Source of the DNA: an uncultured Pseudomonadales bacterium
Lineage (GTDB): Bacteria; Patescibacteriota; Microgenomatia; UBA1400; PJMF01
Direction: 5' to 3'
Length of the DNA stretch: 35,746 nucleotides
Assembly: GCA_964652415.1 (NCBI GenBank)
Contig: CAZZDG010000003.1
Span: 1 to 35,746 of the forward strand
The position numbers and the translations under genes are program-made. This document shows positions 15,078-23,861 of the stretch, in pieces; the first letter of the stretch is position 1, and each line of letters opens with the position of its first letter. A model generated the notes under the pieces. The model was given only the letters and a program-made list of their open reading frames with translations. It made no database searches and was not told where the DNA came from.

Positions 15078-16697
15078 ATGTCATTTTTTGGAAATCTATC
15101 AACACTGTTTGCACCACAACAGGCTGCAAAACAACAACAAAGGCAACAAGCACAACAACAAACAGGTAAACAAGCTCCAGTTGTTCATCCTGCACCAAAA
15201 GTTGCTATTAACAAACAACAGAAAAAACAAAAAAAACAGCAGCTAAAACCACAAGAAGTCAAAACTCAACTGGTCATCCCTGAAAACATCCAGCAAATCA
15301 AAAGAGATGCTGAAGCAAAAGCAAGAGAGATTATTGTCGAAGCAAAATCTGAAGCACTACAACTGAGAAGCAAAGCTGAACTCGAACAACGAGAACTTGC
15401 AAGACAGCTAGAACAACAACAAAGAAGTTTACAAGCTAAACTCGACCGTATCGACGAAAGACTTGAAGTCATCGGCACAAAAGAAGAACAACTTGAAAAG
15501 AAACGCTTTGAAATTGCTGAGCTCAAGCAAGATGTCGAAAAAGAAAAAGAAGGTGTACTCAAACAACTAGAAAAAGTTTCAACCCTCACCAGAGATGAAG
15601 CAAAAGATTTACTCCTACAACGTCTTGAAAAGAAACTCAGTCAAGAAATGGCTCTGTTAATTAGACAAAAGGAAGAAGAAGCACATGCAGAAGCTGATGA
15701 TAAAGTTAAAGAAATTTTAATCGATGCTATGAAACATGGCGCAACAGATTATGTACCTGAGTACACAATCTCAGTGGTAACTCTTCCTTCTGAAGATACT
15801 AAGGGCAAAATCATTGGTAAATCAGGAAGAAATATCAATGCTTTTGAAAGAAGAACAGGTGTTGATGTCGACTTGGACGTCTCCCCAACTGAAGTTCGTC
15901 TCTCCTGCTTTAATCCAGTTCGCAGAGAAATCGCAAGAATTTCCCTTGAACGCTTAATCAAAGACGGTCGTATTCAACCAACCAGAATTGAGGAAGTTGT
16001 TGATAAAGTCGAAAAAGAAATGGATAAAACCACACTCGAAGCAGGTAAAAAACTCTGTCACGATGTTGGAATTTATAACTTGCCAATAGACCTTATGAAA
16101 ATGCTAGGAAAATTTAAATTTAGATTCTCTTATGGTCAGAACTTAATTGCCCATACACTTGAAGAAACAAAAATTGGAATCAAAATTGCCCATGAGCTCA
16201 ACCTTGATGTAAATGTCGTTAAACTTGGTTGTTTGCTACATGATATTGGTAAAGTTTCTGAAGAAGTAGAAGGTTCACACGTTGAACTTGGTATTAAAAT
16301 TGCCAAACGATACGGCATCTCACAACCAGTGATTGATTGTATTGCACAACATCACGAAGATGAACCATTTACTGGTCCAGAACAAATGGCTGTGTACATT
16401 GCTGATGCGATCTCGGGTGCAAGACCTGGTGCTCGCTATGAAAACTACGATGAATATGTACAAAGATTACAAAAACTTGAAGAAATTGCCATGCAATATA
16501 AAGAAGTAAAGCAAGCATATGCAATCCAAGCAGGTCGCGAAATTCGCGTGCTTCTTGAACCAGAACAATCTAAAGATGATGATGTAAAGAACTTGAGCCT
16601 TAAAATCAGAGATGAAATTAAAGAAAAAGTTACCTACCCAGGTACAGTCACTGTTACCGTCATTAGAGAAACCCGTGGATCTGAGGTGGCTAAATAG
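15078..16697 (+). CDS. rny: ribonuclease Y
   Basis: 539 aa. It has a coiled-coil region, a KH domain (GKIIGKSGRNINAFERRTGVDV) and an HD domain (AHTLEE ... LLHDIGK ... QHHED). An in-frame TGA at 15060-15062 rules out any N-terminal extension. Confidence 0.95.
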   Translation: MSFFGNLSTLFAPQQAAKQQQRQQAQQQTGKQAPVVHPAPKVAINKQQKKQKKQQLKPQEVKTQLVIPENIQQIKRDAEAKAREIIVEAKSEALQLRSKAELEQRELARQLEQQQRSLQAKLDRIDERLEVIGTKEEQLEKKRFEIAELKQDVEKEKEGVLKQLEKVSTLTRDEAKDLLLQRLEKKLSQEMALLIRQKEEEAHAEADDKVKEILIDAMKHGATDYVPEYTISVVTLPSEDTKGKIIGKSGRNINAFERRTGVDVDLDVSPTEVRLSCFNPVRREIARISLERLIKDGRIQPTRIEEVVDKVEKEMDKTTLEAGKKLCHDVGIYNLPIDLMKMLGKFKFRFSYGQNLIAHTLEETKIGIKIAHELNLDVNVVKLGCLLHDIGKVSEEVEGSHVELGIKIAKRYGISQPVIDCIAQHHEDEPFTGPEQMAVYIADAISGARPGARYENYDEYVQRLQKLEEIAMQYKEVKQAYAIQAGREIRVLLEPEQSKDDDVKNLSLKIRDEIKEKVTYPGTVTVTVIRETRGSEVAK

Positions 16698-16721
16698 TGT
16701 ACAATTTTGAAAGAGATAGTT

Positions 16722-16940
16722 ATGAATAACTTTTGGTTAATCGCACAAGCAGTTTTATCAGTACTCATTATCACAGCCGTGCTCTTACAGGCCCAGGGTG
16801 GTGGAATTGGTCCGGCATTTGGTGGTGGTGGTGAAAACTACCATACTAGACGTGGTTTGGAAAAAGTACTGTTTAATGCAACAATTGTACTAATTGCATT
16901 GTTCGCAATCGTATCTATTGGATCACTGATAACTAAATAA
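16722..16940 (+). CDS. secG: preprotein translocase subunit SecG
   Basis: 72 aa from ATG 16722: a TM segment, the Gly-rich loop LLQAQGGGIGPAFGGGGENYHTRRGLEK, then a second TM segment. The track's TTG at 16707 is possible but adds only MKEIV. Confidence 0.85.
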   Translation: MNNFWLIAQAVLSVLIITAVLLQAQGGGIGPAFGGGGENYHTRRGLEKVLFNATIVLIALFAIVSIGSLITK

Positions 16941-16963
16941 CTCGTAAGTACACGAAAGCTTAG

Positions 16964-18364
16964 ATGAGAAGATTGTATTGGTATTTAACAACATATGCCA
17001 AAAAACATGGACTGATTTTTGTTGCATCAATTGTTTTTGCTATAGCAATTTTTTCATTCATAGTCCCCTCACTCATATCTTTTTTAGAAAATAAAAAAAC
17101 ACACCATGTTGGTTTGATTGGTGATTATAATATTGACACACTCCCCAGAGAGGTAACAGAAAAACTCAGTGCCGGATTAACAACTATTGCTAATGATGGT
17201 ACAGTTGAGCCTTTGCTCGCTGGCCGATGGAGTGCTGAACAAGATGGAAAAACATATCGTTTTATCTTGAAAGATTCCATCTATTATACTGACGGTCGCG
17301 TACTTACTACTGCAGATATTAACTACAACTTTCCAAATGTAGAAACCATCATAACTCCGAATGATATTGTATTTAAACTGCCAGATTCCTTTGCTCCTTT
17401 TCCTGTGGCAGTATCCCAACCAATCTTAAGAAAAGAAGAACAACCGTATAAAATGATTTTGACTAGACCAACACTTATTGGCGTAGGACCCTACACTTTA
17501 GTAGATTACTCAAAAATTGGTAATAGAATTTCAGAAGTCATTTTGGAAAGCAGAGAGGATAAATACATTTACAAGTTCTACCTAACAGAAAAAGATGCTG
17601 TAACAGCTTTTAAACATGGTGAAATTGACATACTTCCTGAGTTATCTCAAGCATTCGATATTGGCGAATGGAAAACAGTAAAAATTGAAAAAAATATCGA
17701 TTTTAGTAAATACTTAGCTGTATTCTTTAACATGCGAGAACCAAAATTTACAAAAAATCTCAGACAAGCACTTTCTTACGCTGTAGCAAAACCAAGTGAT
17801 GACTCAAGAGCAATTGGACCAATAAATCCTGAATCATGGGCATATCTACCCGCTCTAAAATCATATGAAAAAAATATTGAAAGAGGTATTGAAAGAATAT
17901 TAGATGAGCCACCACAAGAGAAATTAGAACTCAACTTAACTACAACATCAACATATCAAGAACTTGCTGAAGAGCTAATTAAACAATGGGAAGAATTTGG
18001 CGAGCAAGCATTCACTTCTTGCCAAACGTCAAATAAAATTACTGACAAATCGGTATGCGAGAATATGAAATTGAAGGTAAGTTTGAAGATCACCAACTTT
18101 CCTGATGTGAGTAACTATGAAATGCTTCTAATTGGACAAGAATCCCCTGCTGACCCAGATCAATATCAGTTATGGCATTCAGGCGAAAGCACCAACTTTT
18201 CTGGATATAAAAACACTCGTATTGATAATTTGTTAGAAAAAGGTCGTCAAACAACTGAGTTCCAAGAGAGAAAAGAGATTTATCAAGAATTTCAACAATT
18301 TTTCTTAGAAGATGCTCCAGCAATTTTTATCAAACATTTAGATACCTACACAGTTAGTCGCTAA
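16964..18364 (+). CDS. family-5 (peptide/nickel type) ABC substrate-binding protein homologue with an N-terminal TM anchor
   Basis: 466 aa. It has the N-terminal hydrophobic segment LIFVASIVFAIAIFSFIV. The motif LAGRWSAEQDGKTYRFILKDSIYYTDGRVLTTADINYNF matches the hallmark SBP_bac_5 N-lobe pattern. No cognate permease or ATPase gene is adjacent. Confidence 0.7.
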   Translation: MRRLYWYLTTYAKKHGLIFVASIVFAIAIFSFIVPSLISFLENKKTHHVGLIGDYNIDTLPREVTEKLSAGLTTIANDGTVEPLLAGRWSAEQDGKTYRFILKDSIYYTDGRVLTTADINYNFPNVETIITPNDIVFKLPDSFAPFPVAVSQPILRKEEQPYKMILTRPTLIGVGPYTLVDYSKIGNRISEVILESREDKYIYKFYLTEKDAVTAFKHGEIDILPELSQAFDIGEWKTVKIEKNIDFSKYLAVFFNMREPKFTKNLRQALSYAVAKPSDDSRAIGPINPESWAYLPALKSYEKNIERGIERILDEPPQEKLELNLTTTSTYQELAEELIKQWEEFGEQAFTSCQTSNKITDKSVCENMKLKVSLKITNFPDVSNYEMLLIGQESPADPDQYQLWHSGESTNFSGYKNTRIDNLLEKGRQTTEFQERKEIYQEFQQFFLEDAPAIFIKHLDTYTVSR

Positions 18365-18375
18365 AAATTAAAAGT

Positions 18376-18576
18376 TTAGGATTCTTCAGGAATTACGAGC
18401 CAAAGCAACACATAAGGAACAATTCCAGGTAATCCGCCCGGCATAAGTAATAATACCCAAAAAACACGCACTAAAGTAACATCAATATCAAAGTAGTTTG
18501 CAAGCCCTTGGGCAACTCCACCAATTTTTTTACCTTCTTTTGGTAGCAGAAGTCTCTTATTTTTTAAATTTTTCAT
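18376..18576 (-). CDS. PspC domain-containing membrane protein
   Basis: 66 aa. KKIGGVAQGLANYFDIDVTLVRVFWVLL is the PspC-domain signature, followed by a TM segment. Confidence 0.8.
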   Translation of the reverse strand: MKNLKNKRLLLPKEGKKIGGVAQGLANYFDIDVTLVRVFWVLLLMPGGLPGIVPYVLLWLVIPEES

Positions 18577-18610
18577 AATGGCTCTATTATATACCAGTGC
18601 AACCTAAGGT

Positions 18611-19630
18611 CTATAAATGTCGCATTTTTTTGCGTATAAACTCAAACGCAGCAGTAACTGTATATTTTGCTGACAAAGGGATATCATGAGCATGTAGATA
18701 CTCAACAGGTGTACCACCAAAACCTGTTTTGAACATTGTTACTCCCGCAAAACGGTGGTTAATTGCACCTTCTGGTGCAATACCCCAAAAATTATAATGA
18801 ACACAGCCACGTTTTTTTGCCTCTAAAATTGCTGCCCACTGGCATGCATAACTCCCTGGTAATTTACCATTTTCTTCTGTAGAAATTCCATAGTGATACA
18901 CCGCTTCACCATTATAGAATATAATAAATGCTGAAGCCAAAAGTTTACCCTCATAATACGAATGAAATAAAGAAACTTGGTTATCTTGCGCAAAAGCTTT
19001 AAATTGTTCATGTAAAAAATCATAAGAAAAGGGAACAAAACCGTGACGGTTGGCTAAAACAACTTGATTGTCATAAAATGCTTTTATCTCATCCGGGTTA
19101 CTAGTTTGTGTAACAACAATACCAAGCTCAATTGCCTTACGTATTGCAGAGCGATGGTTTTTTCTCATTTGAGCTAATAATAATTCTTCTGTTTGAGCAA
19201 GATTTAGTTGCAAAGTCAAATCTGCAGTTAAGTGCATTTGTGAAGCTCTTGCGCCTATGCGAGCCACTCTTTCGCTTAATTCACCACTCTCCAACTCTTG
19301 AGGTCTAAATCTAATAAAATCGACTTTTTGTTCTTGCGCAATACCTTTTATTTGCGCGAATGCATACTCAAATAACTCAGAATTCTGCCAATCCATAATC
19401 GGACCACCAGCAATTGTAATATAGTTTCCTCGTTTTGCCTTTTCAACAATCAATAACGCTAAACCTGCAACCTGTTGCTCATCTTGAAACAGAAGTCGTA
19501 CAACGGTTTTCCCTAAGCCTTCATGAAAAACACCCCAGTTCCACGACTGTAAAAAATTAGCTTCAGGAAATTGTGTAATGGCTTTTTCCCAAGTTTCTTT
19601 ACTCGCTGTTGTTACTGTAGTTAAGTTCAT
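18611..19630 (-). CDS. FemAB-family aminoacyl-tRNA-dependent peptidoglycan peptide-branch transferase (FemX/MurM-like)
   Basis: 339 aa. It has the N-terminal FLQSWNWGVFHEGLG motif, tandem GNAT-like halves, and C-terminal YNFWGIAP ... GVTMFKTGFGG. Confidence 0.85.
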   Translation of the reverse strand: MNLTTVTTASKETWEKAITQFPEANFLQSWNWGVFHEGLGKTVVRLLFQDEQQVAGLALLIVEKAKRGNYITIAGGPIMDWQNSELFEYAFAQIKGIAQEQKVDFIRFRPQELESGELSERVARIGARASQMHLTADLTLQLNLAQTEELLLAQMRKNHRSAIRKAIELGIVVTQTSNPDEIKAFYDNQVVLANRHGFVPFSYDFLHEQFKAFAQDNQVSLFHSYYEGKLLASAFIIFYNGEAVYHYGISTEENGKLPGSYACQWAAILEAKKRGCVHYNFWGIAPEGAINHRFAGVTMFKTGFGGTPVEYLHAHDIPLSAKYTVTAAFEFIRKKMRHL

Positions 19631-20871
19631 GATAGAGAATCCTCAAGGAGTATTTTACAAATCTTCTGTACTTTTTTAAGCGTCATCTCTCGATGTGTTG
19701 GTAAATTCAAAACTTGTTCAGCTAATCTCTCAGCATTTGGGCAACTTCCTTCAACATACTTCGTTGCATATCCAAAATTGCCGCAATCTACAGCACGGCG
19801 ATACCATCGATCAGAAACATATACTTTATTTTTCTTTAACACTCTAACTAATTTTTCAACTTGAGCACTGTTTTTACAACAAATACTTAACCGTAAATTA
19901 CTTGAACGCTGTAGCTCACTTTCTGTAATTAAAACTTGCAAGTCACTTCCTGCTAAAAGTCTCGAGTATTCTTTAGCCATGCTCAACCGGTGCTCTAACT
20001 GCCGTTCTAAGTTATGAAACTGGAATAAAGCTAAACCTGCATATGCTGGGTGCATCCATGTCATTTTGTCGGTCTTACTTTTAATAGGATTACTCAATAA
20101 ACCAAAAGCTTTGCTAATCATCAAAACAACTTTCCCCAAGCCTATATGATGAGTCTTGCGAATAAGAGAAGTTATATCAGGATATAGTAAATCCTCATAT
20201 ACAAACGAGAATGGAGTTTTACCAATCATGGTTTTTACGTAAAATAACCGTTCTGCTTGTTCAGGATTTAAATTCTGAAATAAAACCGATCCACCAGAAA
20301 CTGCATCAACTATTTTATCTCTTCCAAAAGAAAAAATGACAGCATCAGCTCTACTGCCGAGTATTAAACCATCCTCATCAACTCCACCAATACCCTGAGC
20401 AAGGTCCTCAATAAATAGTATCCCTTCTGCATGACACCATTTTTGTATGGCAACACTATCAGCAGAAATCCCTAAACTATGTTGTACTAGCACCGCTTTA
20501 GCCTTTGGATACTTTTTAAAAGTTGCTGAGATGCTCGCAACCGTAAGATTCGTACCGATATCACCTATATCTGTGTATACAGGTTGCATTTTTGCCCGTT
20601 TTATTCCCTCCTCAATTGCATAACAAGTAAATGCTTGTGTAATAATTTCACTCCCGGGCTCTAATAAAACACGGAGGCAGGCCTCAATAGCATCACGACC
20701 TTTGTATAAACTTAAAACAGTCGCTTCGTTTCTGTTGCTTGCAAATGTGTCAATTAAGTATTTTTCTAATGTTAACAAATTAGATTTTGGTGCATAAAAG
20801 ATACTTCTTAAACTCAGCGAGACAAACTGCAGTGAATAATTAGAACCTAAACTATTGAAAATTGATTGCAT
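19627..20871 (-). CDS. DegT/DnrJ/EryC1/StrS-family PLP-dependent enzyme (sugar aminotransferase-like)
   Basis: 414 aa. Motifs: GSEIITQAFTCYAIEEGI, FIEDLAQGIGG and the Schiff-base lysine context AVIFSFGRDKIVDAVSGG. Its stop overlaps the FemAB start (ATGA at 19627-19630). Confidence 0.78.
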   Translation of the reverse strand: MQSIFNSLGSNYSLQFVSLSLRSIFYAPKSNLLTLEKYLIDTFASNRNEATVLSLYKGRDAIEACLRVLLEPGSEIITQAFTCYAIEEGIKRAKMQPVYTDIGDIGTNLTVASISATFKKYPKAKAVLVQHSLGISADSVAIQKWCHAEGILFIEDLAQGIGGVDEDGLILGSRADAVIFSFGRDKIVDAVSGGSVLFQNLNPEQAERLFYVKTMIGKTPFSFVYEDLLYPDITSLIRKTHHIGLGKVVLMISKAFGLLSNPIKSKTDKMTWMHPAYAGLALFQFHNLERQLEHRLSMAKEYSRLLAGSDLQVLITESELQRSSNLRLSICCKNSAQVEKLVRVLKKNKVYVSDRWYRRAVDCGNFGYATKYVEGSCPNAERLAEQVLNLPTHREMTLKKVQKICKILLEDSLS

Positions 20872-20877
20872 AATTAC

Positions 20878-22374
20878 TTATTGTATATACTTTTTTGTCC
20901 ATGAAGGCATCCTGCCCTCAATAATAATAAGATCACTTGATTCTAAATTTGAGACAACTTCAGCCAGTTGTTCACTTTCAGTGAGCAACTCCGAATCAAA
21001 AACTTCAATAAATTCTTGCTTACCAGATTCGCCGAGAAATACTACTTGGTCAAACACTTTTTGTGCTTGTCTTGCTAATTTCAAATGAATTTCTTTTGAA
21101 TCATTCCCCAAATCAACAATACCTGGTGTAATCAAAACTTTCTTTTGAGCACTCATAGATTTTGCCAATGAAATAATCGCACTAAATCCTTTTGGGTTAC
21201 TTGTATCACCGTCATCAACAACTCGTACCCCACTGGCTAAAGCATATATGAGAACAAACTTTTCATTAGGAATAAATGACTCGATTGCAGCAATAATTTC
21301 TGGTTTTGTCATCTTAAAACGCAAGGCTGTAACAATCACTAAGTGAATAGCTTCAATATACTGCTCGCCAATAATCTGTGTCTTAACTGGGGTATCATCC
21401 CAGCTAAATTGCAATTTGCCTTCAGAATTTAAACAAACTTTTTCTATTTTTACTTTTTCATAGTATTTATTCACACCAACCAGCTGAGCCCTATTCTGGT
21501 CACTTCCTGCTTCATAAATTCGCCGTGTTTGAGGATCATACAGATTGCAAATCACGACTGCCTTTTTTGGCAAACTGGCAACAAGCTCTGCCTTTGCTGA
21601 AATAATTTCTTCCAAACTACCAAACAACCCCACATGTTGTTTTGTCAAACCAGTAATCAAAGCTAGTTGAGGCTGAATCCACTTTGCAAGTTCCCCGATT
21701 TCACCTTTTTTGTATGCAGCATACTCAATAATTGCAATTTCTTCACCCTTATACCCTCTGACAACACTATTCGCCACAGAATATTTAGTATTATACGATT
21801 TTGGTGTCATGAAAACTGAATGTTTTTTTTCTAATACATGAGCTAACAACATTTTTGTTGATGTCTTACCATAGCTTCCGGTTATACCAATTACTGTAGG
21901 TTTGTGTGCTTGAATAAGCTTTTGTGCTTGCAATAAACGTTTGTAAGTCTGGATATACGCAAGTACTGTAGTTGGCAGAGCACTCATTAATGCAAAAAGT
22001 GGAATTGTAATGAGATACACCAGCATAACTGTAAGAATCATAAGGAACGTGTACCAAAGTGGGTATGGATACCAATTCAATAAATATGTAACTCCTAAAG
22101 AGATTCCCACTTTGAAATAAATAATAGTCAAAATAACAAAAATCAATGCTAATAATAGGGAACGAGGTGTCAATTTTGGACGCTTTAATCCTGTTCTAGT
22201 AAAATCTTGCTTTTGAGGAAAAAATCTCAACAATTCTTGCACACCCTCTGCCGAAAGTAAGAATAAGAATATCCTATCAAATCTATACTCTTTTTGTTGC
22301 AAAATACCAAACCATCGTAATGACCTGATAAAAAATGAGGTTGCAAAAAGGAGTACTGCTAGTGTTGTCTTCAT
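20878..22374 (-). CDS. Mur ligase family protein (MurF-like central and C-terminal domains) with a polytopic N-terminal membrane domain
   Basis: 498 aa. Residues 1-150 contain several hydrophobic helices (LAVLLFATSFFI, LLLALIFVILTIIYF, WYTFLMILTVMLVYLITIPLFALM). These are followed by VIGITGSYGKTSTK (the Mur-ligase P-loop), AIIEYAA, ALITGLTKQH and VVDDGDTSNP. Confidence 0.85.
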   Translation of the reverse strand: MKTTLAVLLFATSFFIRSLRWFGILQQKEYRFDRIFLFLLSAEGVQELLRFFPQKQDFTRTGLKRPKLTPRSLLLALIFVILTIIYFKVGISLGVTYLLNWYPYPLWYTFLMILTVMLVYLITIPLFALMSALPTTVLAYIQTYKRLLQAQKLIQAHKPTVIGITGSYGKTSTKMLLAHVLEKKHSVFMTPKSYNTKYSVANSVVRGYKGEEIAIIEYAAYKKGEIGELAKWIQPQLALITGLTKQHVGLFGSLEEIISAKAELVASLPKKAVVICNLYDPQTRRIYEAGSDQNRAQLVGVNKYYEKVKIEKVCLNSEGKLQFSWDDTPVKTQIIGEQYIEAIHLVIVTALRFKMTKPEIIAAIESFIPNEKFVLIYALASGVRVVDDGDTSNPKGFSAIISLAKSMSAQKKVLITPGIVDLGNDSKEIHLKLARQAQKVFDQVVFLGESGKQEFIEVFDSELLTESEQLAEVVSNLESSDLIIIEGRMPSWTKKYIQ

Positions 22375-23090
22375 TTCAAAAATTCTCCAATAACATTTGC
22401 AGTTTCAGCTGGATGGGTGAATTGGGGAGAATGCCTCGCGCCCTCAACTACAGAAAGCTGACTATTTGGTATGAGATCTAACATTTTTTGCGCATGTTTA
22501 AAAGGAGTTACTCTGTCTTCTGCACCCCAAACTATCTTTGTTGGGCATTGAATTTTTGGTAAATCTTCTAAAATCTCATCATCAAGTACTTTTGACATTG
22601 TTCTCCTCAATAATGGTGGCGCATTTTTATAATCACCTTCTCGAGCAAGTTTGTATAATAAATCTCTTAGAATCGTGGCCTGAAATAGTATTTTGCCAAT
22701 TTTTGCTAAAAATAAAAATACTGCTCTTTTAACAACTTGTTTGAAAGCCATATCTCGAATTCCTGCACTATCTAAAAGTACTAATTTTGAAACGAGCTGA
22801 GGATTTTGCGCTGTAAATCTTGCCGCAATTTGCCCTCCAAAAGAATGACCCAACAACAGTACCTTGCCACTTTCAGTTGATTTTTTAATTTCTTTGCCTA
22901 CCCACGCAACAAAATCATCTAAATCCCAAACTTCATTGAGTGGTGCCGAAAGCCCTGGAATTTTTAAAAAAATCACACTCAACTCATCATGGTTTTTCTT
23001 GAGTTTTTCAATAAAAGGTTGCCACACCTCTTCATTCAAGTTACCACTTCGAACTGCCCACCCATGCAAAATATATACCGTATTTTTCAT
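22371..23090 (-). CDS. alpha/beta-fold hydrolase
   Basis: 239 aa. It has the LLLGHSFGG nucleophile elbow, VWGAEDRV (Asp) and GARHSP (His). Its stop overlaps the Mur-ligase start by 4 nt. Confidence 0.85.
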   Translation of the reverse strand: MKNTVYILHGWAVRSGNLNEEVWQPFIEKLKKNHDELSVIFLKIPGLSAPLNEVWDLDDFVAWVGKEIKKSTESGKVLLLGHSFGGQIAARFTAQNPQLVSKLVLLDSAGIRDMAFKQVVKRAVFLFLAKIGKILFQATILRDLLYKLAREGDYKNAPPLLRRTMSKVLDDEILEDLPKIQCPTKIVWGAEDRVTPFKHAQKMLDLIPNSQLSVVEGARHSPQFTHPAETANVIGEFLK

Positions 23091-23149
23091 ATTTGATTCA
23101 CTCTAGTATCTCAAGAGAAACCCAAAGATTCAAGACTTGATCCTAATAG

Positions 23150-23177
23150 TTGCAACTTCACTATATACCCTTATACT
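23150..23177 (+). promoter_or_regulatory. candidate sigma-70 type promoter for the cyclophilin/DUF4012/prfB run
   Basis: TTGCAA (23150-23155), a 16-nt spacer, then TATACT (23172-23177). The -10 element ends 3 nt before ATG 23181 and 9 nt before ATG 23187. Confidence 0.45.
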
Positions 23178-23180
23178 AAT

Positions 23181-23858
23181 ATGATTATGAAACCAAATTA
23201 CAAATACCTTACATTTATTGCTGTTATAATTACCTCTGCAAGCATTTTATCTGGATGCACTGATCCTGCAAAAAAAAGTGATCAAAAGATTAATTTAACC
23301 GACTCAAAAATCACAACTCAAGAAACAAATAATACAAATACAGAAAGGCCAAACACAATGCCAGAAATAACGTATAAAGCACTAGAAGATTTCAAAAAAA
23401 TTGAGGCAAAACAAGCAGTTTTTGAGACTACAAAAGGCACCTTAGTCATGGACTTGTATCGCGAACAAGCTCCACTCACTACTGCAAACTTCCTTGATCT
23501 TATTGACAGCGGTTTCTATGATGGCATTATTTTTCACCGAGTTATTCCAGGCTTCATGGCTCAAGTTGGTGATCCATTTACCAAAGACCCAACAAAAACT
23601 GAAGCACAATGGGGAATGGGAGGACCAACCTACAGAATAATGGACGAGTTTCATCCTGAGTTAAAACATGATACTCCAGGCATACTATCTATGGCAAACG
23701 CAGGTCCAAACACTGGAGGTAGCCAAATTTTCATTACCTACGAACCAACACCACATCTAGACGGCAAACATGCTGTTTTTGGAAAACTAGTTGAGGGTAT
23801 GGAAGTGTTAGAGTCTATCACCAAAGGCGACAAAATCATTAAAGCCTCATATAGATAA
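23181..23858 (+). CDS. cyclophilin-type peptidyl-prolyl cis-trans isomerase, lipoprotein
   Basis: 225 aa. It has a signal peptide with the lipobox ILSGC. The catalytic core includes [32 protein letters not shown] and [14 protein letters not shown]. The true start may be ATG 23187 (MKPNYKY...). Confidence 0.9.
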   Translation: MIMKPNYKYLTFIAVIITSASILSGCTDPAKKSDQKINLTDSKITTQETNNTNTERPNTMPEITYKALEDFKKIEAKQAVFETTKGTLVMDLYREQAPLTTANFLDLIDSGFYDGIIFHRVIPGFMAQVGDPFTKDPTKTEAQWGMGGPTYRIMDEFHPELKHDTPGILSMANAGPNTGGSQIFITYEPTPHLDGKHAVFGKLVEGMEVLESITKGDKIIKASYR

Positions 23859-23861
23859 CAT

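Noticed and set aside
15266-15589. A 107-aa minus-strand ORF (Ser/Cys/Leu-rich) inside rny
   Set aside because: It lies antisense to the charged coiled-coil region of a securely identified gene. Its composition is the reverse-complement signature of E/K/Q codons.
16707-16721. A TTG start for secG (MKEIV extension)
   Set aside because: ATG 16722 preceded by AAGAG gives a normal-length SecG. The TTG remains possible but is unnecessary.
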